From: the human T2T-CHM13v2.0 reference genome, Homo sapiens | Assembly (NCBI RefSeq): GCF_009914755.1 | Contig: NC_060940.1 | Length of the DNA stretch: 64,000 nt | Strand: one strand, 5' to 3' | Shown here: in pieces, positions 15,201-30,560 of the stretch | Numbering within the stretch: position 1 is the first letter of the stretch | Layout: each line of letters starts with the position of its first letter | Program-made: the position numbers and the translations under genes | The notes under the pieces: generated by a model | Told to the model about the DNA's origin: nothing | The model's database searches: none | Seen by the model: only the letters and a program-made list of their open reading frames with translations

Positions 15201-18200
15201 TAGATTCCATTTGATGATTCCATTCGATTCCATTCGACGATGATTCCATTCGATTCCGTTTGATGATTCCATTCTATTCTATTCGATGATGATTCCATTC
15301 GATTCCATTCGATGATGATTGGATTCGATTCCATTTGATGATTTCATTTGATTCCATTCGTTAATGATTTCGATCAATTCCATTCGATGATTCCATTCGA
15401 TTCCATTCGATAATGATTACATCCGAGTCCATTCGATGATTCCCTTTGAGCCTGTTCGATAATTCCATTTGAGTCCAACCAATGATTCCATTCATTTCCA
15501 TTCAATGATTCCATTCGAGTCCATTTGATCATTCCGGTAGGGTCCATTCGATGTTGATTCCATTGGAGTGCATTCGATGATTCCATTCGAGTCCATTTTA
15601 GGATTTGATTCGAGTCCTTTCGATGATTCCATTCGATTCCACTCGATGATGATTTCATTCGAGTCCATTCGACACTTCCAATCGATTCCATTTGATGATT
15701 CCATTCGAGTCCAATTGATGATTCCATTCAATTCCATTCGATGATGATTCCGTACGATTCCATTCTGTGATGATTCCATGTGATTGCATTCAATGATGAT
15801 TCCTTTCGATTGCATTCGATTATGATTCATTTCGTGTTCATTCTATGGTTCCACAGGTTTCCATTCGTGTCCATTCCATTATTCCATTCTATTCCATTTG
15901 ATGATGATTCCATTCGATTCCATTCATTGGTGATTCCACTCAATTCCATTCAATGATTCCATTCCATTTCTTTCAACAATGATTCCATTAGTTTCTAATC
16001 GAGGATCCACTTGATTCCATTTGACGACGATTCCATTCTTGTCCATTCGATGATTCCATTTGATTCCATATGATGATGATTCCATTCGATTCCATACCAT
16101 GATGATTCCATTCGAGTCCATTCAATGGTGATTCCATTCAATTCCATTCGATGATTCCTTTTGATTCCATTCGATGATGATGGCATTCGATTCCTTTCAA
16201 TCATTCCCTTTGATTCCATTCAAAGGTGATTTCATTCAAGTCCATTCGATAATTGCATTCGATTCCATTCTATGATGATTCCATTCGAGTCCATTTGATG
16301 ATTCCATTCAATTCAAGTCAATGATGATTCCATTCGATTCCATTCGATGATTCCATTGGATTCCATTCGATGATGATTCCATTCAAATCCATTCGATAAT
16401 TCAATTCAAGTCCATTCGATGATGATTCCAATCGAATCCATTCAAAGATTCCATTCAGTTCCATTCGATGATTCCCTTAGATTCCATTCGATGATTCCAC
16501 TTGATTGCATTTACGATGATTCCATTCGATTCCATGTGATGATTCCATTCAATTCTATTCAATGATGTCTCCATTTGATTCCATTCGACCATGATTGCCT
16601 TTGATTCCATTCAGTGATTCCATTCGGTTCCGTTTGATGATGATTCCGTTCGATTCCATTTGATGATTCCATTTGATTCCATTGGATGAGTCCATTCGAT
16701 TACATTCGATGATTATTCCATTCGAGTGCATTAGATGATTCCATTCGAGTCCATTCGATGATTCCATTCGATTCCATTCGATGTTGATTCTGTTCAAATC
16801 CATTCGATGATTCCACTCGATTCCATTCGTTGACTCCATTTGATCCCATTCGATGATTTCCTTTGATTCCCTTTGATGATCATTCCATTTGATTCAATTC
16901 GGTGATTTCATTTGATTCCATTCAGTGATGTTTCCATTCGACTCCATTCGATGATGATTCCATTCGACTCCATTCGATTATGATTTCATTCAATTCCATT
17001 CGATAATGATTCCCTTCGAGTCCATTCGATGATTCCATTCGATTCCATTCAACGATGATTTGATTCGTGTCCATTCGATGATTCCATTTGATTCCACTTG
17101 ATGATGATTCCATTCGAGTCCATTTGATGATTCCATTCAATTCCATACTCCGATGATTTCTTTTGAGCCCACTCAATGCTTCCACTCGATTCCATATGAT
17201 GATGACTCCATTCGATGAAATTCGATGATGATTCCATTCGCTTGCTTTCGATGATGATTCCACTTGAGTCCGTTAGAAGATTCTATTCAATTACATTCCA
17301 GGACGATTCCGTTCGAGTCCATTTGATGATTCCATTAGACTCCATTCGACGATGATTCCATTCGATGTTATTCGATGATTCCATTCGATCTCATTCGATG
17401 ATGATTCCATTCAACTCCATTCGATGTTTCCATTCGAGTTCATTCTATTATTCCATTAGATTCCATTCGATGATGATTCCATTCGATTCCATTTGATGAT
17501 TGCATTCTATTTCATTTGATGATGATTCCATTCGAGTCCACTCGATGATTCCATTCGAGTCCATTTAATGAATCCATTGGTTTCAATTCTATGATGATTA
17601 CATTGGATTCCATTCGTTGATGATTTCATTCGGTTCCATTCAATGATGATTCCATTCAATTCCTTTCAATGTTTCCATTCAATTCCATACGATGATGATT
17701 CCATTTGATTTGATTCGACAGTGAGCCATTCGATTCAATTCCATGATGATTCTATTTGATTCAATTGGTTGACATTTCCATTCGATTCCATTCGATGATG
17801 ATTCCCTTTGATTCCGTTCAAAGATGATTCCATTCTAGCCCATTCAATCATTCCATTCGATTCTATTCAATGATGATTCCATTCATGTCGATTTGGTGAT
17901 TCCATTTGACTTCATTTGATGATGATTCCTTTCAAGTTCATTAGATGATTCCATTCGATTCCATTTGATGATGATCCCATTCGAGTCCATTCAGTGATTC
18001 CATTCGTTTCTATTCCATGATGATTCCATTCCTTTCCATTCAATGATTCCATTCGATTCCGTTTGATGATGATTTCATTGGAGTCCATTTGATGATTCCA
18101 TTTGATTCCATTCGATGATGATTCCATTCGAGTCCATTCGATGATTCTATTCGAATCCATTTGATGATTTCTTTTGATTATATTTGGTGATGATTCCATT

Positions 18201-18336
18201 GGAGTCCATTCAATGATTCCATTCTATTCCAATCGATGATGATTCCATTAGAGTCCATTTAATGATTCCATTTGATTCCAGTCTCTGATGATTACATTCG
18301 AGTCCATACGATGATTCCACTCAATTCCATATGATG
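12225..18336 (+). repeat. HSat2 unit U3 (6112 bp)
   Basis: Constant offset 12224 from U1 (864->13088, 4698->16922, 5688->17912). Confidence 0.95.
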
Positions 18337-21300
18337 ATGATTCCATTTGATTCCATTCGGTGATTCCATTCTATTCTATTCAATGGTGATTCCATTCGAG
18401 TACATTAGATGATTCCATTCGATTCCATTCAATGATGATTCTATTTGTGTCCCTTAGATGATTCCACATGATTCCATTAGATGATGATACTATTTGAGCC
18501 CATCCAATGATTCCCTTCGATTCCATTCGATGAGGATTCCATTCGATTCAATTCATTGGTGATTCTATTCAATTCAATTCTTTGATTCCATTCCATTCCA
18601 TTCGACAATGATTCCATTCGATTTCTTTCGATGATTCCACTCGATTCCACTTGACACTGATTCCATTCGATTCCATTCAATGATTCCATTTGATTCCAGT
18701 GGATGATGATTGCCATCGATTCCATTCGATCACTCCATTCTATTCCATTTGATGATGATTACATTCGATTCCATTTGATGATTCCATCTGATTCTATTCG
18801 AGGATTCCATTTGATTCCATTCGATGATGATTCCATTCGAGTCCGTTCGATGATTTCATTCGAGTACGTCCAATGATTCCATTCGAGTCCATTAGATGAT
18901 TCCATTTGATTCCATTTGAAAATGATTCTACTAGAGTCCATTCAATGACTCCATTCGAGTCCATTCAACAATTCCATTCGACTCCATTCGATGATTCCAT
19001 TCGATTCCATTTGATGGTTCCATTCGAGTCCATTTAATCATTATAGTCGAGTCCATTTGGTGATTCCACTGGATTTCTTTTGATAATGATACCATTCCAT
19101 TACATTTGATGATGATCCCATTCAATTTCATTTGATGATGATTCCATTACAGTCCATTCGATGATTTCATTCGAGTCCCTTCATTGATTCCATCCGATTT
19201 CATTGGATGATGACTCCATTCGAGTCCATTCGATGATTCCACTCGATTCCATTAGATGACTCCATTGGAGTCCATTTGATTGTTCCATTCGATTCCATTC
19301 GATTCCTTTCGAAGATTATTCCATTTGAGTCCATTCGATGATGATTCCATTCCATTCCATTCGATGATTCCGTTTGATTCCATTCGATGATTCCCTTCGA
19401 TTCCTTTCTTTGATGATTCCATTCCATTCCATTCAATGATTCCATTCGAATCTATTCCATGATGATTCCTTTCGATTCCATTCGCTGATGTTTCCATTCA
19501 ATTCCATTCGATGATGATTCCATTCGATTCCATTCATTGAGGATTCCATTTGATTCCATTCAATGATGATTCCATTCTATTCCATTCAATGATTGCATTC
19601 AATTCCATTCAATGATTATCCCATTAGAGTAAACTCAACGATTCCATTCAATACCATTCGATGATGATTCCTTTTGAGTCCATTCAATGATTTCCTTCAA
19701 GTCCATTTGATGATTCCTTTCAATTCCATTCTATGATGATTCCATTCGAGTCCATTCGATGATTCCATTCGATTGCATTCGATGATTCCATTATATTCCA
19801 TTCAACGGTGATTCCATTCGAGTCCATTCCATGATTCCATTAGAGTACATTTAATGATTGCTTTGTTTTCAATTCGAAGATGATTACATTGGATTCCATT
19901 CTATGATACCATTCGATTCCATTCAATGATGATTCCACTCAAATCCATTGGATGATTCCATTCGTGTCCATTCGGTGATTTCATTAGATTCCATTCGAGG
20001 ATGATTCCATTCGATTCCATTCGATGATTCCATTCAATTCCATTCGATGATGATTCCATTCCAGTCCATATGATCATTCCATTTGATTTCATTCGATGAT
20101 GATTCCATTCGATTCCATTCGACGATTCCATTCTATTCCATTCGATGATGATTCCATTCGAGTCCATTCGATGATTCCATTCGAGTCCATTTAATGATTC
20201 CATTGGGTTCAATTCAATGATGATTACATTGGATTCCGTTCTATGATTCCATTCAATTCCGTTCATTGACAATTTGATTCCATTCGATGATGATTCCATT
20301 TGAGTTCATTCGATGATTCTATTCGATTCTCTTCGATGGTGATTCAATTCTATTATATTGGATGATTCCATTCGATTCCATTTGATGTTGATTCAATTCG
20401 ATTCTATTCGATGATGATTCCATTGGATTTCACTTGATGATTCTATTCGATTCCATTCAATGATGATTCACTTCTCGTCCATTGGATGATTCCATTTCAT
20501 TCCATTCGATGATGATTCCATTCGATTCCATTCGATGATTCCATTTGATTCCATGCGACGGTGAGCAATTCGATTCAATTCCATGATGATTCTATTTGAT
20601 TCAATTAGATGATGTTTCCATTCGAATCCATTCCATGATTATTCCATTGGAATCCATTCGGCGATGATTCCATATGAGTCAATTCAATGATGATTCCATA
20701 TGGGTCCGTTCGATGATAATTCCATTTGATTTCATTCGATGCTTCTATTCTATTCCAGTCGATGATGATTCCGTTGGAGTCCATACGATGATTCCATTTG
20801 ATTTCATTTGATGATGATTCCATTCGATGATGATTACATTGGATTCCATTCTATGATTCCATTCAATTCCATTCGTTGATGATTCGATTCCATTCAATGA
20901 TGATTCCATTTGAGTTCATTCAATGATTCTATTCGATTCCGTTCGATGGTGATTCAATTCTATTATATTGGATGATTCCACTCGATTCCATTTGATGATT
21001 ATTCCATTGGAGTCCACTTAGTGAATCCTTTAGATTCTACTCGACGATGATTCCATTCGAGTCCATTCGATGATACCATTCAATTCCATTCGTTGATGCT
21101 TCCATTCAAGTGCATTCGATGATATCATTCGATTCCATTTGATGATAATTCCATTTGATTCCATGCGATGATTCTATTCGATTCCATTCAATGATAATTC
21201 CATTCAATTCAGTGATTCCTCTGGACTCCATTTGATGATGATTCCATTCAATGATTCCATTCGATTCTATTCGAAAATGATTCCATTTGAATCCATTTGA

Positions 21301-24300
21301 TGATGATTCCATTAGATTCCATTTGATGATTCCATTCGATTCCATTCGACGATGATTCCATTCGATTCCGTTTGATGATTCCATTCTATTCTATTCGATG
21401 ATGATTCCATTCGATTCCATTCGATGATGATTGGATTCGATTCCATTTGATGATTTCATTTGATTCCATTCGTTAATGATTTCGATCAATTCCATTCGAT
21501 GATTCCATTCGATTCCATTCGATAATGATTACATCCGAGTCCATTCGATGATTCCCTTTGAGCCTGTTCGATAATTCCATTTGAGTCCAACCAATGATTC
21601 CATTCATTTCCATTCAATGATTCCATTCGAGTCCATTTGATCATTCCGGTAGGGTCCATTCGATGTTGATTCCATTGGAGTGCATTCGATGATTCCATTC
21701 GAGTCCATTTTAGGATTTGATTCGAGTCCTTTCGATGATTCCATTCGATTCCACTCGATGATGATTTCATTCGAGTCCATTCGACACTTCCAATCGATTC
21801 CATTTGATGATTCCATTCGAGTCCAATTGATGATTCCATTCAATTCCATTCGATGATGATTCCGTACGATTCCATTCTGTGATGATTCCATGTGATTGCA
21901 TTCAATGATGATTCCTTTCGATTGCATTCGATTATGATTCATTTCGTGTTCATTCTATGGTTCCACAGGTTTCCATTCGTGTCCATTCCATTATTCCATT
22001 CTATTCCATTTGATGATGATTCCATTCGATTCCATTCATTGGTGATTCCACTCAATTCCATTCAATGATTCCATTCCATTTCTTTCAACAATGATTCCAT
22101 TAGTTTCTAATCGATGATCCACTTGATTCCATTTGACGACGATTCCATTCTTGTCCATTCGATGATTCCATTTGATTCCATATGATGATGATTCCATTCG
22201 ATTCCATACCATGATGATTCCATTCGAGTCCATTCAATGGTGATTCCATTCAATTCCATTCGATGATTCCTTTTGATTCCATTCGATGATGATGGCATTC
22301 GATTCCTTTCAATCATTCCCTTTGATTCCATTCAAAGGTGATTTCATTCAAGTCCATTCGATAATTGCATTCGATTCCATTCTATGATGATTCCATTCGA
22401 GTCCATTTGATGATTCCATTCAATTCAAGTCAATGATGATTCCATTCGATTCCATTCGATGATTCCATTGGATTCCATTCGATGATGATTCCATTCAAAT
22501 CCATTCGATAATTCAATTCAAGTCCATTCGATGATGATTCCAATCGAATCCATTCAAAGATTCCATTCAGTTCCATTCGATGATTCCCTTAGATTCCATT
22601 CGATGATTCCACTTGATTGCATTTACGATGATTCCATTCGATTCCATGTGATGATTCCATTCAATTCTATTCAATGATGTCTCCATTTGATTCCATTCGA
22701 CCATGATTGCCTTTGATTCCATTCAATGATTCCATTCGGTTCCGTTTGATGATGATTCCGTTCGATTCCATTTGATGATTCCATTTGATTCCATTGGATG
22801 AGTCCATTCGATTACATTCGATGATTATTCCATTCGAGTGCATTAGATGATTCCATTCGAGTCCATTCGATGATTCTATTCGATTCCATTCGATGTTGAT
22901 TCTGTTCAAATCCATTCGATGATTCCACTCGATTCCATTCGATGACTCCATTTGATCCCATTCGATGATTTCCTTTGATTCCCTTTGATGATCATTCCAT
23001 TTGATTCAATTCGGTGATTTCATTTGATTCCATTCAGTGATGTTTCCATTAGACTCCATTCGATGATGATTCCATTCGACTCCATTCGATTATGATTTCA
23101 TTCAATTCCATTCGATAATGATTCCCTTCGAGTCCATTCGATGATTCCATTCGATTCCATTCAACGATGATTTGATTCGTGTCCATTCGATGATTCCATT
23201 TGATTCCACTTGATGATGATTCCATTCGAGTCCATTTGATGATTCCATTCAATTCCATACTCCGATGATTTCTTTTGAGCCCACTCAATGCTTCCACTCG
23301 ATTCCATATGATGATGACTCCATTCGATGAAATTCGATGATGATTCCATTCGCTTGCTTTCGATGATGATTCCACTTGAGTCCGTTAGAAGATTCTATTC
23401 AATTACATTCCAGGACGATTCCGTTCGAGTCCATTTGATGATTCCATTAGACTCCATTCGACGATGATTCCATTCGATGTTATTCGATGATTCCATTCGA
23501 TCTCATTCGATGATGATTCCATTCAACTCCATTCGATGTTTCCATTCGAGTTCATTCTATTATTCCATTAGATTCCATTCGATGATGATTCCATTCGATT
23601 CCATTTGATGATTGCATTCTATTTCATTTGATGATGATTCCATTCGAGTCCACTCGATGATTCCATTCGAGTCCATTTAATGAATCCATTGGTTTCAATT
23701 CTATGATGATTACATTGGATTTCATTCGTTGATGATTTCATTCGGTTCCATTCAATGATGATTCCATTCAATTCCTTTCAATGTTTCCATTCAATTCCAT
23801 ACGATGATGATTCCATTTGATTTGATTCGACAGTGAGCCATTCGATTCAATTCCATGATGATTCTATTTGATTCAATTGGTTGACATTTCCATTCGATTC
23901 CATTCGATGATGATTCCCTTTGATTCCATTCAAAGATGATTCCATTCTAGCCCATTCAATCATTCCATTCGATTCTATTCAATGATGATTCCATTCATGT
24001 CGATTTGGTGATTCCACTTGACTTCATTTGATGATGATTCCTTTCAAGTTCATTAGATGATTCCATTCGATTCCATTTGATGATGATCCCATTCGAGTCC
24101 ATTCAGTGATTCCATTCGTTTCCATTCCATGATGATTCCATTCCATTCCATTCAATGATTCCATTCGATTCCGTTTGATGATGATTTCATTCGAGTCCAT
24201 TTAATGATTCCATTTGATTCCATTCGATGATGATTCCATTCGAGTCCATTCGATGATTCTATTCGAATCCATTTGATGATTTCTTTTGATTATAGTTGGT

Positions 24301-24448
24301 GATGATTCCATTGGAGTCCATTCAATGATTCCATTCGATTCCAATCGATGATGATTCCATTAGAGTCCATTTAATGTTTCCATTTGATTCCAGTCTCTGA
24401 TGATTACATTCGAGTCCATACGATGATTCCACTCAATTCCATATGATG
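18337..24448 (+). repeat. HSat2 unit U4 (6112 bp)
   Basis: Constant offset 18336 from U1 (141->18477, 2770->21106, 4825->23161). Confidence 0.95.
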
Positions 24449-27400
24449 ATGATTCCATTTGATTCCATTCGGTGATTCCATTCTATTCTATTCAATGGTG
24501 ATTCCATTCGAGTACATTAGATGATTCCATTCGATTCCATTCAATGATGATTCTATTTGTGTCCCTTAGATGATTCCACATGATTCCATTAGATGATGAT
24601 ACTATTTGAGCCCATCCAATGATTCCCTTCGATTCCATTCGATGAGGATTCCATTCGATTCAATTCATTGGTGATTCTATTCAATTCAATTCTTTGATTC
24701 CATTCCATTCCATTCGACAATGATTCCATTCGATTTCTTTCGATGATTCCACTCGATTCCACTTGACATTGATTCCATTCGATTCCATTCAATGATTCCA
24801 TTTGATTCCAGTGGATGATGATTGCCATCGATTCCATTCGATCACTCCATTCTATTCCATTTGATGATGATTACATTCGATTCCATTTGATGATTCCATC
24901 TGATTCTATTCGAGGATTCCATTTGATTCCATTCGATGATGATTCCATTCGAGTCCGTTCGATGATTTCATTCGAGTACATCCAATGATTCCATTCGAGT
25001 CCATTAGATGATTCCATTTGATTCCATTTGAAAATGATTCTACTAGAGTCCATTCAATGACTCCATTGGAGTCCATTCAACAATTCCATTCGACTCCATG
25101 TGATGATTCCATTGGATTCCATTTGATGATTCCATTCGAGTCCATTTAATCATTACAGTCGAGTCCATTTGGTGATTCCACCGGATTTCTTTTGATAATG
25201 ATACCATTCAATTACATTTGATGATGATCCCATTCAATTTCATTTGATGATGATTCCATTAGAGTCCATTCGATGATTTCATTCGAGTCCCTTCATTGAT
25301 TCCATCCGATTTCATTGGATGATGACTCCATTCGAGTCCATTCGATGATTCCACTCGATTCCATTAGATGATTCCATTGGAGTCCATTTGATTGTTCCAT
25401 TCGATTCCATTCGATTCCTTTCGAAGATTATTCCATTTGAGTCCATTCGATGATGATTCCATTCCATTCCATTCGATGATTCCGTTTGATTCCATTCGAT
25501 GATTCCCTTCGATTCCTTTCTTTGATGATTCCATTCCATTCCATTCAATGATTCCATTCGAATCTATTCCATGATGATTCCTTTCGATTCCATTCGCTGA
25601 TGTTTCCGTTCAATTCCATTCGATGATGATTCCATTCGATTCCATTCATTGAGGATTCCATTTGATTCCATTCAATGATGATTCCGTTCTATTCCATTCA
25701 ATGATTGCATTCAATTACATTCAGTGATTATCCCCTTAGAGTAAACTCAACGATTCCATTCAATACCATTCGATGATGATTCCTTTTGAGTCCATTCAAT
25801 GATTTCATTCAAGTCCATTTGATGATTCCTTTCAATTCCATTCTATGATGATTCCATTCGAGTCCATTCGATGATTCCATTCGATTGCATTCGATGATTC
25901 CATTATATTCCAGTCAACGATGATTCCATTCGAGTCCATTCGATGATTCCATTAGAGTACATTTAATGATTGCTTTGTTTTCAATTCGAAGATGATTACA
26001 TTGGATTCCATTCTATGATACCATTCGAATCCATTCAATGATGATTCCACTCAAATCCATTGGATGATTCCATTCGTGTCCATTCGATGATTTCATTAGA
26101 TTCCATTCGAGGATGATTCCATTCGATTCCATTCGATGATTCCATTCAATTCCATTCGAGGATAATTCCATTCCAGTCCATATGATCATTCCATTTGATT
26201 TCATTCGATGATGATTCCATTCGATTCCATTCGATGATTCCATTCTATTCCATTCGATGATGATTCCATTCGAGTCCATTCGATGATTCCATTCGAGTCC
26301 ATTTAATGATTCCATTGGGTTCAATTCAATGATGATTACATTGGATTCCGTTCTATGATTCCATTCAATTCCGTTCATTGACAATTTGATTCCATTCGAT
26401 GATGATTCCATTTGAGTTTATTCGATGATTCTATTCGATTCTCTTCGATGGTGATTCAATTCTATTATATTGGATGATTCCATTCGATTCCATTTGATGT
26501 TGATTCAATTCGATTCTATTCGATGATGATTCCATTGGATTTCACTTGATGATTCTATTCGATTCCATTCAATGATGATTCACTTCTCGTCCATTGGATG
26601 ATTCCATTTCATTCCATTCGATGATGATTCCATTCGATTCCATTCGATGATTCCATTTGATTCCATGCGTCGGTGAGCAATTCGATTCAATTCCATGATG
26701 ATTCTATTTGATTCAATTAGATGATGTTTCCATTCGAATCCATTCCATGATTATTCCATTGGAATCCATTCGGCGATGATTCCATATGAGTCAATTCAAT
26801 GATGATTCCATATGGGTCCGTTCGATGATAATTCCATTTGATTTCATTCGATGCTTCCATTCAATTCCAGTCGATGATGATTCCGTTGGAGTCCATACGA
26901 TGATTCCATTTGATTTCATTTGATGATGATTCCATTCGATGATGATTACATTGGATTCCATTCTATGATTCCATTCAATTCCATTCGTTGATGATTCGAT
27001 TCCATTCAATGATGATTCCATTTGAGTTCATTCGATGATTCTATTCGATTCCGTTCGGTGGTGATTCAATTCTCTTATATTGGATGATTCCACTCGATTC
27101 CATTTGATGATTATTCCATTGGAGTCCACTTAGGGAATCCTTCAGATTCTTCTCGAAGATGATTCCATTCAAGTCCATTCAATCATACCATTCAATTTCA
27201 TTCGTTGATGCTTCCATTCAAGTGCATTCGATGATATCATTCGATTCCATTTGATGATAATTCCATTTGATTCCATGCGATGATTCTATTCGATTCCATT
27301 CAATGATAATTCCATTCAGTTCAGTGATTCCTCTGAACTCCATTTGATGATGATTCCATTCAATGATTCCATTCGATTCTATTCCAAAATGATTCCATTT

Positions 27401-30400
27401 GAATCCATTTGATGATGATTCCATTAGATTCCATTTGATGATTCCATTCGATTCCATGCGACGATGATTCCATTCGATTCCATGTGATGATTCCATTCTA
27501 TTCTATTCGATGATGATTCCATTCGATTCCATTCGATGATGATTGGATTCGATTCCATTTGATGATTTCATTTGATTCCATTCGTTAATGATTTCGATCA
27601 ATTCCATTCGATGATTCCATTCGATTCCATTCGATAATGATTACATCCGAGTCCATTCGATGATTCCCTTTGAGCCTGTTCGATAATTCCATTTGAGTCC
27701 AACCAATGATTCCATTCATTTCCATTCAATGATTCCATTCGAGTCCATTTGATCATTCCGGTAGGGTCCATTCGATGTTGATTCCATTGGAGTGCATTCG
27801 ATGATTCCATTCGAGTCCATTTTAGGATTTGATTCGAGTCCTTTCGATGATTCCATTCGATTCCACTCGATGATGATTTCATTCGAGTCCATTCGACACT
27901 TCCAATCGATTCCATTTGATGATTCCATTCGAGTCCAATTGATGATTCCATTCAATTCCATTCGATGATGATTCCGTACGATTCCATTCTGTGATGATTC
28001 CATGTGATTGCATTCAATGATGATTCCTTTCGATTGCATTCGATTATGATTCATTTCGTGTTCATTCTATGGTTCCACAGGTTTCCATTCGTGTCCATTC
28101 CATTATTCCATTCTATTCCATTTGATGATGATTCCATTCGATTCCATTCATTGGTGATTCCACTCAATTCCATTCAATGATTCCATTCCATTTCTTTCAA
28201 CAATGATTCCATTAGTTTCTAATCGATGATCCACTTGATTCCATTTGACGACGATTCCATTCTTGTCCATTCGATGATTCCATTTGATTCCATATGATGA
28301 TGATTCCATTCGATTCCATACCATGATGATTCCATTCGAGTCCATTCAATGGTGATTCCATTCAATTCCATTCGATGATTCCTTTTGATTCCATTCGATG
28401 ATGATGGCATTCGATTCCTTTCAATCATTCCCTTTGATTCCATTCAAAGGTGATTTCATTCAAGTCCATTCGATAATTGCATTCGATTCCATTCTATGAT
28501 GATTCCATTCGAGTCCATTTGATGATTCCATTCAATTCAAGTCAATGATGATTCCATTCGATTCCATTCGATGATTCCATTGGATTCCATTCGATGATGA
28601 TTCCATTCAAATCCATTCGATAATTCAATTCAAGTCCATTCGATGATGATTCCAATCGAATCCATTCAAAGATTCCATTCAGTTCCATTCGATGATTCCC
28701 TTAGATTCCATTCGATGATTCCACTTGATTGCATTTACGATGATTCCATTCGATTCCATGTGATGATTCCATTCAATTCTATTCAATGATGTCTCCATTT
28801 GATTCCATTCGACCATGATTGCCTTTGATTCCATTCAACGACTCCATTCGGTTCCTTTTGATGATGATTCCGTTCGATTCCATTTCATTATTCCATTTGA
28901 TTCCATTGGATGAGTCCATTCGATTACATTCGATGATTATTCCATTCGAGTGCATTAGATGATTCCATTCGAGTCCATTCGATGATTCCATTCGATTCCA
29001 TTCGATGTTGATTCTGTTCAAATCCATTCGATGATTCCACTCGATTCCATTCGATGACTCCAGTTGATCCCATTCGATGATTTCCTTTGATTCCCTTTGA
29101 TGATCATTCCATTTGATTCAATTCGGTGATTTCATTTCATTCCATTCAGTGATGTTTCCATTCGACTCCATTCGATGATGATTCCATTTGACTCCATTCG
29201 ATTATGATTTCATTCAATTCCATTCGATAATGATTCCCTTCGAGTCCATTCGATGATTCCATTCGATTCCATTCAACGATGATTTGATTCGTGTCCATTC
29301 GATGATTCCATTTGATTCCACTTGATGATGATTCCATTCGAGTCCATTTGATGATTCCATTCAATTCCATACTCCGATGATTTCTTTTGAGCCCATTCAA
29401 TGCTTCCACTCGATTCCATATGATGATGACTCCATTCGATGAAATTCGATGATGATTCCATTCGCTTGCTTTTGATGATGATTCCACTTGAGTCCGTTAG
29501 AAGATTCTATTCAATTACATTCCATGACGATTCCGTTCGAGTCCATTTGATGATTCCATTAGACTCCATTCGACGATGATTCCATTCGATGTTATTCGAT
29601 GATTCTATTAGATCTCATTCGATGATGATTCCATTCAACTCCATTCGATGTTTCCATTCGAGTTCATTCTATTATTCCATTAGATTCCATTCGATGATGA
29701 TTCCATTCGCTTCCATTTGATGATTGCATTCTATTTCAATAGATGATGATTCCATCCGAGTCCACTCAATGATTCCATTCGAGTCCATTTAATGAATCCA
29801 TTGGTTTCAATTCTATGATGATTACATTGGATTCCATTCGTTGATGATTTCATTCGGTTCCATTCAATGATGATTCCATTCAATTCCTTTCTATGTTTCC
29901 ATTCAATTCCATACGATGATGATTCCATTTGATTTGATTCGACAGTGAGCCATTCGATTCAATTCCATGATGATTCTATTTTATTCCATTGGTTGACATT
30001 TCCATTCGATTCCATTCGATGATGATTCCCTTTGATTCCATTCAAAGATGATTCCATTCTAGCCCATTCAATCATTCCATTCGATTCTATTCAATGATGA
30101 TTCCATTCATGTCGATTTGGTGATTCCATTTGACTTCATTTGATGATGATTCCTTTCAAGTTCATTAGATGATTCCATTCGATTCCATTTGATGATGATC
30201 TCATTCGAGTCCATTCAGTGATTCCATTCGTTTCCATTCCATGATGATTCCATTCCATTCCATGTAATGATTCCATTCGATTCCGTTTGATGATGATTTC
30301 ATTCGAGTCCATTTGATGATTCCATTTGATTCCATTCGATGATGATTCCATTCGAGTCCATTCGATGATTCTATTCGAATCCATTTGATGATTTCTTTTG

Positions 30401-30560
30401 ATTATATTTGGTGATGATTCCATTGGAGTCCATTCAATGATTCCATTCGATTCCAATCGATGGTGATTCCATTAGAGTCCATTTAATGATTCCATTTGAT
30501 TCCAGTCTCTGATGATTACATTCGAGTCCATACGATGATTCCACTCAATTCCATATGATG
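24449..30560 (+). repeat. HSat2 unit U5 (6112 bp; more diverged, mosaic)
   Basis: Constant offset 24448 (141->24589, 4698->29146, 5688->30136); carries extra substitutions, some shared with U6/U7. Confidence 0.93.

Noticed and set aside
1-24448. U1-U4 as an assembly duplication artefact
   Set aside because: Each unit has private substitutions (e.g. U3 cttagttcatcc and GGATCC; U4 gtccgttcga/gtacgtcc near 18845-18870), so they are not exact copies. Read-level confirmation was not possible here.
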